A DNA stretch of 64,000 nucleotides from Macrostomum lignano (GCA_002269645.1 NIVC01001216.1:186001-250000), one strand, 5' to 3'; positions 1 to 13,334 are shown, numbered from the stretch's first letter. Numbers and translations: made by a program. Notes: generated by a model from the letters alone, not told the origin.

Positions 1-590
1 AATCGTTAGTCTTTTTTTGCACCTAAATCATCAGTCTTTGTAACTGAATCGTTAGTCTTTTTTTGCACCTAAATCATCAGTCTTTGTTTGCATCTAAATC
101 ATCAGTCTTTGTTTGCACCTAAATCATCAGTCTTTGTTTGCACCTGAATCGTCAGTCTTTGTTTGCATCTAAATCATCAGTCTTTGTTTGCACCTGAATC
201 ATCAGTCTTTGTTTGCATCTAAATCATCAGTCTTTGTTTGCACCTAAATCATCAGTCTTTGTTTGCACCTGAATCGTCAGTCTTTGTTTGCATCTAAATC
301 ATCAGTCTTTGTTTGCACCTGAATCATCAGTCTTTGTTTGCATCTAAATCATCAGTCTTTGTTTGCACCTAAATCATCAGTCTTTGTTTGCATCTAAATC
401 ATCAGTCTTTGTTTGCACCTAAATCATCAGTCTTTGTTTGCACCTGAATCGTCAGTCTTTGTTTGCATCTAAATCATCAGTCTTAGTTTGCACCCGAATC
501 ATCAATTTTTGTTTGCACCTCAACAGTCTTTGGTTGCACCTAAACCATAGTCTTCGTTTGTACCTGAACCGCCAGTCTTTGTTTTCACCA
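1..590 (+). repeat. 25-bp tandem array (AAATCATCAGTCTTTGTTTGCACCT)n in the intron upstream of the first MON2 exon in the window
   Basis: Unit read directly with 25-nt period; it degenerates about 70 nt before the acceptor at 662. Confidence 0.9.
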
Positions 591-662
591 CACCGGATCA
601 TCCCAGCAAGCCTCGAAGAGCTTATACACAGCACGAATCCCTCCCCGTAACCTCGTCAACAG

Positions 663-1142
663 GCCCTCCAGCGTCTTCTAGGCGCTCGACTAATCAGCGA
701 AGAATCCGGCGCCATGGTAGTCCAGAGCATGTGGACCCTGATGGAGGAATCAGTTGAAGAGGTTCGCCTACTCCAAACCGCCATGCTGCTAGTTAGCAAT
801 TGTCCCGGTCTAACTGGCCGACCCCTGTCCAAAGCGCTGGCTCTGGTGCTCAGACTGCATTTTAGTCGTAGCTCCATGGTGACTCAAACAGCCGCTGCCA
901 CTATTCGACAGTGCCTTACGGCCGTGATGGACCGCGTGATGGTTGAAGACGCGGCCGCTCCGCCGCCAACTGGAAGCTCCTCGGAGGAGATTCAACCGGC
1001 CGCGGAGGACGCCAAGAATCTGCTGACAGACCTGTGCCTGCTGGTTAACGGAGAGCAGCCGCACTGGTTGCACGGCCTCACTACGATGACTCGGTCGCTG
1101 GGCTTGGAGCTGCTGCACGCTGCTTTGGCCGACTTTCCTAAG
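663..1142 (+). CDS. MON2: MON2 coding exon 1 of 12 in window (internal exon; N-terminus upstream of window)
   Basis: Acceptor caacag|GCC, donor AAG|gtcagt, 480 nt, phase 0. Encodes ALQRLLG...LWTLMEESVEEVRLLQT...LRLHF...TAAATIRQ...DLCLLVNGEQPHWL...MTRSLGLELL, recognisable as the MON2 N-terminal DCB/HUS region. The 12 exons join in frame to 4842 nt. Confidence 0.93.
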
Positions 1143-1174
1143 GTCAGTGAACTCGGGAGCGGCTTTCTCAGAAA

Positions 1175-2050
1175 CACTTTGGCATATCTGGATTTTGGCG
1201 CCACCGTTTTAGCATCCGAGCGTATCCGGGTTTTTGCGCCCACCTCTGGCTTATTCGAGTTTTCTGGCTTATCGAGTTTTCTGGCTTATTCGAGCTTTCG
1301 CGCCGTCCTTTTAGCATATTCGGGTTTTGGCGCCGCCCTTTGAGCATATTCGGGTTTTGGCGCCAACCTCTGGCTTTTACGAGTTTGGCGCCAACCTCTG
1401 GCTTTTACGAGTTTTGGCGCCAACCTCTGACTTTTACGAGTTTTGGCGCCAACCTCTGGCTTTTACGAGTTTTGGCGCCAACCTCTGGCTTTTACGAGTT
1501 TTGGCGCCAACCTCTGGCTTTTACGAGTTTTGGCGCCACCCTCTTATAATATTCGGGTTTAGGCGCCGCCCTTTGAGCATATTCGGGTTTAGGCGCCGCC
1601 CTTTGAGCATATTCGGGTTTTGGCGCCAACCTCTGGATTTTACGAGTTTTGGCACCAACCTCTGGCTTTTACAAGTTTTGGAGCCACCCTCTTATAATAT
1701 TCGGGTTTAGGCGCCGCCCTTTGAGCATATTCGGGTTTTGGCGCCAACCTCTGGCTTTTACGAGTTTTGGCGCCAACCTCTGGCTTTTACGAGTTTTGGA
1801 GCCACCCTCTTATAATATTCGGGTTTGGGCGCCGCCCTTTGAGCATATTCGGGTTTTGGCGCCGCCCTTTGAGCATATTCGGGTTTTGGCGCCGCCCTTT
1901 GAGCATATTCGGGTTTAGGCGTCGCCCTTTGAGCATATTCGGGTTTTGGCGCCAACCTCTGGCTTATTCGGGTTTTGGCGCCAACCTCTGGCTTATTCGG
2001 GTTTTGGCGCCGCCCTTTTAGCATACATGGATCTGGGTTTTGGCGCCGGT
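1175..2050 (+). repeat. About 29-bp tandem array with two unit types sharing TTTTGGCGCC (MON2 intron 1)
   Basis: Units TTTGGCGCCAACCTCTGGCTTTTACGAGT and TTCGGGTTT(T/A)GGCGCCGCCCTTTGAGCATA read directly. Confidence 0.9.
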
Positions 2051-2237
2051 TACCTGGCATGGCCGAGGTTTGTTTTCCATTGCAACCAAGTTGTAGATTC
2101 CTAATGGAATGCAATTTAATACACTTCTGGCGCCCAGTATTGGCAGCGCCGCATGTGACTCAATTTTAGCGCCTCTGTTTCAGCACTTCTGATTACGCAA
2201 TTCAACTCCCACCGCACCCCAACCCTACCTGCCGCAG

Positions 2238-2820
2238 GTGTTCTCCGGCAATCCGCACTTTACTCGCCTACTAAAAGAGCAAGTCTGCCCGTTAATTATT
2301 CGCCTGTTTGGGCCAACACACAAGCACTCGCAGGCTGCTAATAGTGCTTTGTCATCGACCGGAATCTCGTCTGGCGGCGGCGCCTCGTCCTACCCGGCGC
2401 CGCCGGCGGCTCCTCTCGGCGATTTGCCGCCAACTGCTGCATCGATGGCTTCGTCAGTGTCGACGCAAGCGTCGGCTAATTTTGCTATTCACGTCCGACT
2501 GCACAGGCTGGTGGGAGTGCTGCTGCATTCTTACTTTGGTCTGGTCAGCACAGAGTGCGAGATTTTCCTCACGCTACTGATTCGTTTAGTAGACTCGGAT
2601 AAATGGCCCTGGCAACGAATGCTAGCCTTGGAAGTGCTGCACAAGCTGGTGCAACGGCCTGGCTTGGTGGCCGCAATCTGTTGCGCCTACGATATGAAAC
2701 GGCACGCGTCGAAAATCTTTGCCGTCCTAGTCGGCGCTCTGGCTGGCTACGTTCAGGGCGTGTTCACCGCGCCCAGGGAGGTTGGCGTGGGCGCTGCGGG
2801 CTCGTCTGGTTCTGCCGCTA
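2238..2820 (+). CDS. MON2: MON2 exon 2
   Basis: Acceptor ccgcag|GTG, donor CTA|gtgagt (phase 1). Encodes LLKEQVCPLIIRLF, STECEIFLTLL and YDMKRHASKIF motifs. Confidence 0.9.
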
Positions 2821-2846
2821 GTGAGTGCTTAGCGGCTGTCGGTTGA

Positions 2847-3565
2847 GCTCTTCTGGCTACCCTCCTGGCTACCCTCCTGGCTACCCTCCTTGCTGCCCGA
2901 TCTTTGCTACCCTCCTGGCTACCCTCCTGCCTACCCTCCAGGCTACCTTCCTGGCTACCTTCCTGCCTACCCTCTAGGCTACCTTCCTGCCTACCCTCTA
3001 GGCTACCTTCCTGGCTACCTTCCTGGCTCCCCTCCTGGCTACCCTCCTGGCTACCTTTTAGCTACCCTCTTGGCTACGCTTCTGGCTACCCTCCTACCTA
3101 CCCTCCAGGCTACCTTCCTGGCTACCCTCCAGGCTACCTTCCTGGCTACCCTCCTGGCTACCCTCCTGGCTACCCTCCAGGCTACCCTCCTGGCTACCCT
3201 CCTGGCTACCCTCCTGGCTACCCTCCTGGCTACCCTCCTGGCTACCCTCCTGGCTACCCTCCTGGCTACCCTCCTGGCTACCCTCCTGGCTACCCCCCTG
3301 GCTACCCTCCTCGCTACCCTCCCGGCTACCCTCCTGGCTACCCTCCTGGCTACCCTCCTGGCTACCCCCCTGGCTACCCTCCTCGCTACCCTCCCGGCTA
3401 CCCTCCTGGCTACCCTCCTGGCTACCCTCCTGGCTACCCTCCTCGCTACCCTCCCGGCTACCCTCCTGGCTACCCTCCTGGCTACCCTCCTGGCTACCCT
3501 CCTGGCTACCCTCCTGGCTACCCTCCTCGCTACCCTCCCGGCTACCCTCCTGGCTACCTCCTTGC
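2847..3565 (+). repeat. 12-bp tandem array (GGCTACCCTCCT)n (MON2 intron 2)
   Basis: Read directly; source of the spurious PPGY and LATL ORFs. Confidence 0.95.
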
Positions 3566-3736
3566 TGCTCTCCTTGCTACCCGACCTCTTCTACCTTCAG
3601 ACTCTTACTTTTAACCTTTAAGAATGGTTGTCTTTCTTTTTGAAACTTACGCAATTAATCAGTATTTACTCGTAAAAAACAAAATGCTTACTTTGCTACT
3701 GACATAGTCTAAGTATATTTTTTTATCAATTTTCAG

Positions 3737-3857
3737 TGAAAGAGACGCCGCCTGCTATGCTAGGCGGCATGCAAGTCGGTCCGGGCAGCAGTCCAAGCCC
3801 TTGCTTTGTGTACAAAGGCTTGATTGTGCCGCTGCACACCAGTCCCAAGGCTGTGTA
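3737..3857 (+). CDS. MON2: MON2 exon 3
   Basis: Acceptor tttcag|TG, donor TA|gtaagt, 121 nt. Encodes KETPPAMLGGMQVGPGSSPSPCFVYKGLIVPLHTSPKAV; the phase joins TA|C (Tyr) into LDMLDK of exon 4. Not in the ORF track frame list. Confidence 0.85.
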
Positions 3858-4027
3858 GTAAGTGTCTGTTCATTCTTAGTATTGGTACTATACAAATCTT
3901 TACATTTGCTAGGATTCCTGGAAGGTATTTTTTGCTACGATCTCGCTAGGGAAAGAAATCGGATTTCAACACAATCCCCGAAAAAAAAGATTTTCCTGCC
4001 GCAGGGGATTTTTTTAAAAATCTCATA

Positions 4028-4165
4028 CAGTGCTTTAGAGCATACTAAATGCGCTGGCGGAATTTGTCTATGGCGAAACCTCATTCACTGCTTAGAGCAT
4101 ACTAAATGCGCTGGCGGAATTTGGCTATGGCCTCATTCAGTGCTTAGAGCATACTAAATGCGCCA
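4028..4165 (+). repeat. Short 52-57-bp tandem duplication (about 2.5 copies, AGAGCATACTAAATGCGC core)
   Basis: Core seen at 4037, 4094 and 4146. Confidence 0.7.
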
Positions 4166-4299
4166 GCAATACGTAAAACATGCGCTCCTTACTTCAGTGG
4201 TCATGGTAATCGTTTCATGAAATGCTACGAGCGTACTAGAGACCGGGGCAAGAAGTCAAAGTTCAGGCAAAATTCCAATTATTCATATCTTCGTAACTT

Positions 4300-4849
4300 G
4301 AAAACGTTGCCGTCACAAGAATCGCTAAAGTCACTAGAGTTAACCACTCACTAGTGACTCTAGCGACTCAGGGACGACACTTTTTGACTTTTTACCGACT
4401 GAAACGACTGAGAGGCGACTGTTGATTCACGTCACGCATCAAGTGAGTTGTACGCAGAGTTGCAAAAAGTAGTTTAAGAGTCGTTGTCTTAGCGCTCAAT
4501 TTTCCACTAACTCAAGTGGACTGAATAGAGTTTTTTAAATGCAAAATTCGATTAAAATTCATAAATTGACGATTTAGACGCAATTCTACAGCGACTAGAG
4601 CACGCCTCTCAAATACGACTCTACGACGCCAGAGTCACTTCAGAGTCTCAGACAATAAAACGCCTCAAGGTGACTCTTCGGCGACTCTTTGACGACTTGT
4701 TTGCAACTTGTACCGTGACATCTTATCGTTTTAGAGTCGTCTAGAGTCAGCTTCTATTCTATTTTAGCCGTGTTACCTGAAACAAATTTGAAACGATACT
4801 GAAGCGCTTCTAGGCCTGGGTAACTGTTTTCATCGGGCGGCTTTTTCTA
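4300..4849 (+). mobile_element. Diverged copy of the GACTC/GAGTC-rich element also present at 6251-6931; its 3' part is interrupted by a SINE
   Basis: Colinear shared blocks such as AATTCATAAA, TACGACTCTACG, ACAATAAAACG, TTTGACGACTTGTTTG and TCGTTTTAGAGTCGTCTAGAGTCA. Confidence 0.7.
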
Positions 4850-4860
4850 CGGCAAAAACC

Positions 4861-5217
4861 TTTTTTTTTAGAGGCAGGGGGGTTGTGTGCACCCTGGCGC
4901 AATTTAAGCGTCATTGGCACACAACCGGCGAGAGGCATTGCTGCCCATTCCGCCGACTCCCCTGAGCAGGCATACAAGCGCGCAGATACGTACGCAGGCA
5001 CACACTCACACAGGAGTGTACAGCGGCCCTAACTTTATCAATTGTTAGGCATGTACACTTCACTGCGCCTTGGGGGGTTGGCTCTCAAGGCCGTTAATTG
5101 CACAAGCGAGCCAAGCCAAGATTCCAATCCAGCCCCAAATTAATGTGGCTGCACTTGGAATCGAGCCTGGGTCGCGGCACACCAGAGCAGCTGCGCTACC
5201 GCTGGGCTACGGCCCCC
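4861..5217 (-). mobile_element. tRNA-derived SINE, near full length, with A-tail and 11-bp TSD
   Basis: Minus-strand head GGGGGCCGTAGCCCAGCGGTAG (A-box) and GGCTCGATTCC (B-box-like); poly(T) at 4861-4869 on +; direct repeat CGGCAAAAACC at 4850-4860 and 5221-5231; second copy at 29930-30243. Confidence 0.8.
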
Positions 5218-5456
5218 TTTCGGCAAAAACCATAAATCTTCAAAAAATCGTTTTAGACGAAAAAAACGTATTTTTAAAGTGAAGTGAATGGAAACAACAG
5301 TAATGAGTATCACGAAATATTGTTTTTATAATAATTTTGATATCTTCCATTTATTTATATAGCTGTTACTCTGTATGTCTTCTAGTGCGTATCTGTACAG
5401 AGAAACCAAAACAATAACTATGAGGAGTTTATTAAATTATAAATAAAAACCTCATA

Positions 5457-6097
5457 CTACAGCTCGTCCATCTGTCTGTAGATCTGTTTTAACTGTTGGA
5501 CATTGTCTCTCAGCAATTCGGCATTCACTTTCCAATTGGCTGTCTTGTGTGGCATGGCGTGCATTGAGGCCATCCTGCCAGATGCGGTAGCCGTTACTAG
5601 CATGTCTCTTAGTTGTGTCAGCGCTTTATGCGCCCCGGATAATTGCTTGTTGAAGCCCGCCATTATTGGTATCGATCGGTGTCGATTATTTGTTCGCTCG
5701 TCCTCTTCAGCATCCTCATTGGCGTCTAAGTGCTCTTGATCCAGATAGGTTGCCAGATCCTTTAGCATGGCGTCTAAGCGTTCGAGGCTGGCTTCGGCTT
5801 CCCTCTCCCGGCCCAAGTGTCATCGTCTTCGTCGGGCTCTTTGCCAATGTCGGCATCGTTCAAGTAGCTTCTTTTACTTCTTCGGTTGATTTTTTCTTCC
5901 ATGAATCGTAGATTAATTCCCGCTTGAATGATATCACCCTGCGGACCGTCGTTCAGGTGATCCAGTAGTTCTGTCAGGCTTTCAAAGTTGGGTAAATCTT
6001 CTTCTATGGTGAAGAAATCTATTGTTGAGGAATCCTTTTTGGTATTGTCCGTGGATCGACGCTGCCGATTGTGATGCTCTTTGGCGCGCGACTGGTA
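5457..6097 (-). CDS. Exon 2 of nested antisense secreted preproprotein (contains an apparent 1-nt frameshift near 5816)
   Basis: Acceptor ctctttaactgtacag|TAC in phase 0 with the exon 1 donor. YQSRAKEHHNRQRR...NRRSKR...EDDDT shifts into LGREREAEASLERL...IYRQMDEL-stop. AATAAA on the - strand at 5433-5428. Confidence 0.7.
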
Positions 6098-6250
6098 CTG
6101 TACAGTTAAAGAGATAATGCGGAATTGTCTGATAAACGCATATTGAATATTGTTATTCTCAGATGTATGCGACTTTTCCAAGGGAATATGCAAATACAAT
6201 AACACTTTAATCGAATGACTTAAAGGCAAGGTGGCCGGAGTGACGGCTAA

Positions 6251-6931
6251 GGCCGGTTCACATTACATTCAGTAACTCCGCGGGTCAAACCCGTTAATAA
6301 CGTTACCATTACATTACGTTACATTTTAACGACTCAACGACTGTAATGCGACGAAGAGGAGACGACTTTTGAGTCACTAACACATCACGTGAGCTGCAGA
6401 ATCGTAAGAGTCGCGAAAAAGTCGCTCAGGAATCGTTGTGCTAGCGGTTAACTTTATACTAACCTTAAGTATACTAAATAGAGTCGTTATAAATGCGAAA
6501 TGCGATTATAATTCATAAAGTGACACAGATGTACTTTAAACGCAACTCAGTGATTCTACAGTGACTCCGGCACGCCTCAGCTACGACTCTACGGTCCCAT
6601 AGTCACTATAGAAGCGTCACTTGCGTCGTTTCAGAGTCGCAAACAATAAAACGATTCAAATTGACTTTTAGGCGACTGTTTGACGACTTGTTTGGCGAAT
6701 TGTACCAGGACATCTCGTCGTTTTAGAGTCGTCTAGAGTCAACTTCTTTCCTATCTTACTTGTGTTACCAGCAAAAACTTTGAAACAAATCTGGGACGCT
6801 TCTTAGCCTAAATACCGTTTTCAGTGGGAAAGAAGATTGCTCAAATCAATGTTAAAATAGGTCTAAAGAACTTTACATACCTTTAAGCAATGTTTGACCT
6901 GTAAAGCTATTATCGGTAATGTGAACCAGAC
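6251..6931. mobile_element. MITE / non-autonomous DNA transposon with 16-17-bp TIRs (PIF/Harbinger-like termini), in the intron of the nested gene
   Basis: Left GGCCGGTTCACATTAC; right GTAATGTGAACCAGAC (14/16 complementary); flanked by TAA and TTA. Confidence 0.65.
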
Positions 6932-7188
6932 TTAACAACATAGCAAGGGTAATTTAGCTGCAAATCCGAGGTCTGTTTACTGCAGTGGTGGCATGTACTG
7001 GTCAGGGTTGAACTGCATAGCTCAGCTTATGTCTTTTGTTCAATGTGGCTGCCTTGAAGAGTAAAAGTAGCCTATCAGCTGTGTACTAACCACGACCAAC
7101 TCTGCTGAACTTGCTCTTAGCATGTTAAGGACATATTAAGAGATACACAATTCAAATAAAAATACTAAATGGTGAAATAGTACATCAC

Positions 7189-7695
7189 CTGTCTCAGCTC
7201 CTCCATGTGATCCAGCAAATAGCCAGAACCGTCAAACAGATCTGCGTATCGTCTCGATCGTTTGATTCGCTCGCCGTGTTGACTGGCGAATTCGCGCATT
7301 AGGTCAGACTTTATTCCGGCTATATGCTTGTCTTGCTTGGCTTTGTCATGGTTGGCCTTGTTTTTTTGATGCCTACTTTTTAATGCTCTCCGATTTGTCT
7401 GCCTTTTGCTGGTAAATCCGCCGATTTTCTCGTTCGACTTGATACTTTCGGTAAAATTGTCTGCACTTTTCCGTAGCTGCAATAAATCGCTGTTTGGTAC
7501 AGCTGAAGCTGGTGTAGTCCAAAACCAAGTGATATTGTATACCTGTCGGCTATAGCGGCTTTGTTTACCAACGGAGGCTTCAAATGTTTTAGACTGGTCG
7601 TCATGGTGTTGACATCTTGCTGATTGTACTAGCACCAGCAATATTAACAGCAGTGGCGGCAGCAAAAGCGATCGCGTCAACTTTTTTGTCAGCAT
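7189..7695 (-). CDS. Exon 1 of nested antisense secreted preproprotein (signal peptide plus basic cleavage sites)
   Basis: ATG start; hydrophobic LLLPPLLLILLVLVQSARC signal; RK, KR, RR and KRSRR sites; donor CAG|gtgatg at 7189/7188; 169 codons. Confidence 0.78.
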
Positions 7696-9342
7696 TCCGT
7701 GTAGAATGATTCGTTTAGTTTTGTTTCTCTGCTTAAAAAAGCAATTTTGTCAACGCAGTAAGGTCTTATAATTCTGGTGTGTTGATGCGTTTTGCGGCTC
7801 GACTTCAACTGAATTTGTAAGGTCTCTTTAACAGACAGGCTTTGCAAGATAAATTGCTTTAGCCTGCGCGTGTTTTAACCTCAGTTGAATTGCACTTTAG
7901 TCCAACCACTGTCGATATCTCTATGGTCAAAAGATCGACAAATGATTTAGTGTCAAGCGTGGAAATCGTGTTAGTAAAATTTATATAATTCTAGATCTAG
8001 TCTCAGAATGAAATACGCATTAATAAAAGCTAGAAGATGGAACACCAGATCACCTGTTTTTGTTGTCTTTATTGTTGCTTTATTGAAAAATGAGCAGATA
8101 TAATGCGACACTATATGTCGTAAATCAGGTCATAAGCGAAGTCCCATTATGCTCGTAGTTTGTGAATGAAAAACAGATGTGTTACTCTTCTCAAACAAGA
8201 AAGCTTCACAAATAAAGATCTAAGATCTTGTTTCTTTGACGCCTGACCCTCGTAATGATTTAGTGCTGCGTAAAATAAACCTAAATTCCTTACGAGTGTA
8301 CAACGCTCTATTTAAAAACTACAAACACCTGTAAGTCGAAACATTCAAAAGTGTACTTTCATCACCAAAATAGTTATACTAAATAGCTTGCGGATTCGAG
8401 AACGTCAAGAAAATTTCAAATGAAAAGTCACTGTCTAATAGTATAACCTCAGACAGTAGCTAGTCCAAAATGACTGTCTGTAGCATGAAACGCCAATCTA
8501 AATAATTCAGTTACAAATGTCCAAATTTAGGGTCTGCTAGTTGTCAAAGCTGTGCAATAAGCGCCAGATTTTACATGTAGCAAATTGCATTTCCAATCGT
8601 ACTGTCATTCCGTTGCTGCTCAAACAGATGGTGTGGAAACGAATTGCATCAGTCAACGTCTGTCAAGCACTTTTTATTCTCAAAGTCAATTCAGAATGGA
8701 ATAAACATATTGGAAAATAATGCTAGAACACTTTTGTAAACAGCATTTACAAGCCAGACCTTTTCAATTGGTCATTTTCAATAAAACAGCTATTTTTATC
8801 CGAGAGTGAACTCAAGTTCAGAATCTTCGCATCACTGATGTAACTATCAAAGCATCGGAATAGCAAGGTCTTTGAAACAATCCAATACTTCCTTTCGTTT
8901 CTAAGACTGTCTCATTAATTTTGAAAAAAATCATCTAGTTGCTAGGTATTAAAATATTTCAATATTTCCTTTCATTGTATTCATTTTGACTTTGTTTACG
9001 AGTTATTTTCTTCATTGACCATTGACGGCCTTCGCTTTAAGCTCTTATTGACTGACCATCTGCCGATATAATTAGAACTGATGGCGCATGACTTGGATTA
9101 AAAAAATAGGATTTCTAGTTAGCTGTACTTTACTTTTATTTTTCTTTTAGTCAAAATATTTCTAGCATAGCTCTATTGAATTCAGATAAAAAATTTATTT
9201 CTGAATTCAATTTTAGTCAGTTAAAATTGTCAGTTAAACAAATCTACTAGAGTGAGTTTGATCAACTGGGATCTAACATTCCAGCGAAGTAAAGCAGTTG
9301 CTAAGCAACTCTGTTTCCCACCCCATTTCGCCCTTCAAACAG

Positions 9343-9639
9343 CCTGGACATGCTGGACAAACAGGAGCCGCCGCCCCCGCCAGAAGGCCAGGCCCTGTCG
9401 CTGGCGTTCTACACCTTAGTGGAGGTGATTCGCTCCGTCCAAGCCATCCTTGAGGATCGCTGCCAGCCGCCCAGCATGTGCGAGAGTCTCCTGCCGCCTC
9501 CCGCGGGCTCAGCCAATTCCGACCAATCCACCACAGACAGCGGCGCAGGTGATGGGAAACGCGAGGAGCTGCACAATACTCTGGTGTCCTCTCTGTGGTG
9601 CGCCGCGCTTGCCGCCCTGTCTCTGCTGCTGGAGACCAG
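9343..9639 (+). CDS. MON2: MON2 exon 4
   Basis: Acceptor aaacag|C, donor AG|gttagg. Encodes [22 protein letters not shown]...[15 protein letters not shown]. Confidence 0.92.
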
Positions 9640-9659
9640 GTTAGGCTCTTGATGGTTGG

Positions 9660-10552
<893 letters not shown>

Positions 10553-11451
10553 TATATCGTAAGTCCCGTTTATTCTCTTTGCGTGTCTGTCTTTTTAGCC
10601 TCGCTTTCCTGTAGGTTGCATTTTGTCCAAAAATTCACCTGCCAGTGTTTGACCACCTCGGGTCATCATACAAAATTGTTTTGCTTCCTTCTGTTGGAAT
10701 TTTCACCCTCTTGCCACGACGCGATGAGGTCACACCTTGTTCTGATGGGGTACTTTTAGGATGAAGCCGTAACTTCAGCCTCTCGTTTGCACTGATTAGC
10801 ACGCTTAGCGAATTCACGCGTGCTACATGTAATCTTTTTCCTAGAAACTGTTTCCTAGCGCGTGCTGCACTTACTGCCTGGCGCGTGCGTTTTCCTCCTA
10901 TAAACAGGCCCGTTTCATCTTTGTTTTTTATTCTTAGTTTAACTTTTTTCGGCCTAGGCTTGTGATTTAGGGCTTCTGCTTTTATGCTTTAACATTTTAC
11001 TGTTTGTTACTTGCCGGGTGAAATCCATTTTAGCCTGGAGGTACTTTAAAGACAAGAATTTTTTTGACGAAAAGGTTGACCAGGTAAATACGTTTCCCGT
11101 CTATATCAATTGCTTAGAAGAATATCAGTCTTATTTTCCGTCTGAGTCCATATTTTGCGTCCCTGCCCGGCTGAAGTGCTCCGTTGTTTGTCCTTTAATC
11201 AATGGCCCCGTCGTTGTTACACCTGCATCTTGTGCCAGGTGATGAGTTGAGCACTATAGTTTTGCGACAGGAATGTTTTGTTGCTTCGATTGGATCTGTG
11301 CTACTTATTTCTTAACCTTTACTTTCTGGATTCCCGTGCCATAACTTCCTGCGTCGGGATTTGTACAGTATGGATTGCAGTGCGGACACACTTTGATCGA
11401 TAGGTGCAACTTTTTTAATCAATACCCATGTGTTTGCCTGAGTTCTGGCTT

Positions 11452-12165
<714 letters not shown>

Positions 12166-13334
12166 GTCAGACTAAAAGAAACAAAATCAGATGCAGGAAA
12201 AAGGCAATTTAAGACTTCATTTCGCCGGAGACAGGCAGACACTCGATCGTTTTGCCCATGGCTGTCCTCATTCGGAATTTCTATCCTCTCTCAAATAGTG
12301 GAAGATGATGACCGCTTGGTTGGGAAGTGAAATCCGACCTACCTTCCCCCCGACTGTCGAGGCCCCTCCGCTGTCGAAGTCTATCTCCGCAGGCCCATTG
12401 CTCTCGCACGCTGATGCTAGTTTTGTTATCGCTTCCGCTGTTGCACTGGGCTAGGGTTACCGCTTGATTAGTGATGGCGTGCTCCGCTACCGTAACTGTA
12501 ATATTACTAACATTATAGCCTTACTATAGATTATTTATTGTACTTCTAAACTGTACTTGCCACTGCCGGTCTCGGTTTTATTTGTGAGAATGAGGCGGCC
12601 CTCTCAATCTGCAGACTCTTACTATCCGTATAGCTATAGTTATTCGTGCGCGTGTCTCTCCTCCCCTCTTTGGGAGTTTCTGCTATCGATCTACAGGGCT
12701 GCCTGTTTTTCGCCCACTCTCTCTCTCTCTCTCATTCTTCCACCGTCCTGCTTCTCCCCGCAGGCAAAAGTTGTTTTCGATTCTGTGTGCTTCTTTATTT
12801 TCCGCGGCGCCATTGGAATCTATAATTAAAATATTGTGACGATCATGTAGCTGTGGCTGGAAGGCGCAAGTTTTGAGGGAAATGAGGGTGGGCGGGGGTG
12901 AAGATGTTCAGTTCTGGCCTCTGTCCGGCTCAGTAGCTTGCGTACTTTTTTAATGTTTAATCGATTCTGTTTTAGCATATTTAATTATTTTGACCCAATG
13001 ACCCAGTGGGAGCGCTGAAATTGTGCTTTCCATGTTAGCCATCCAGACTTTGTCATTTTTAATTAGACATGAAAGTTGTAACCTTTGAATATGTCATTTT
13101 TATCATGAAACATAGAAGATGATGTGACATTTGATATTTCATGTTCGACATTTGATGGATATAAGATAAGGCATGACAATTTACGTGTCATTTTTAACAA
13201 AAGAAATTTAGGGAGTGATATTGGAAATGTCACACCATCTACTTCCAATTTCAGACATTCCATTTCTAAAGTCACTTTTTATTTCTAATTTATTTCTCGT
13301 AATATCACACCCTCAGTTTCTAATTTCATGAATT

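Noticed and set aside
1-590. Hammerhead-ribozyme-like CTGATGA on the - strand of the 25-bp units (also a CTGATGAG..CGAAA at about 22437-22461 and a GACGAAAC in the 78-bp array)
   Set aside because: Stems I-III cannot be formed around the core motifs; no complete hammerhead fold.
2781-2786. Alternative exon 2 donor GAG|gttggc
   Set aside because: Phase 0 would not join exon 3 in frame; the consensus GTGAGT at 2821 does.
2890-3621. Long PPGY/LATL ORFs resembling Pro-rich or adhesive proteins
   Set aside because: Products of a 12-bp array lying inside a canonical MON2 intron; open in several frames only because the unit lacks stops.
10800-11430. TATA-containing, LTR-like or promoter-like stretch
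   Set aside because: No second LTR, PBS or TG..CA ends identified; single short motifs are insufficient.
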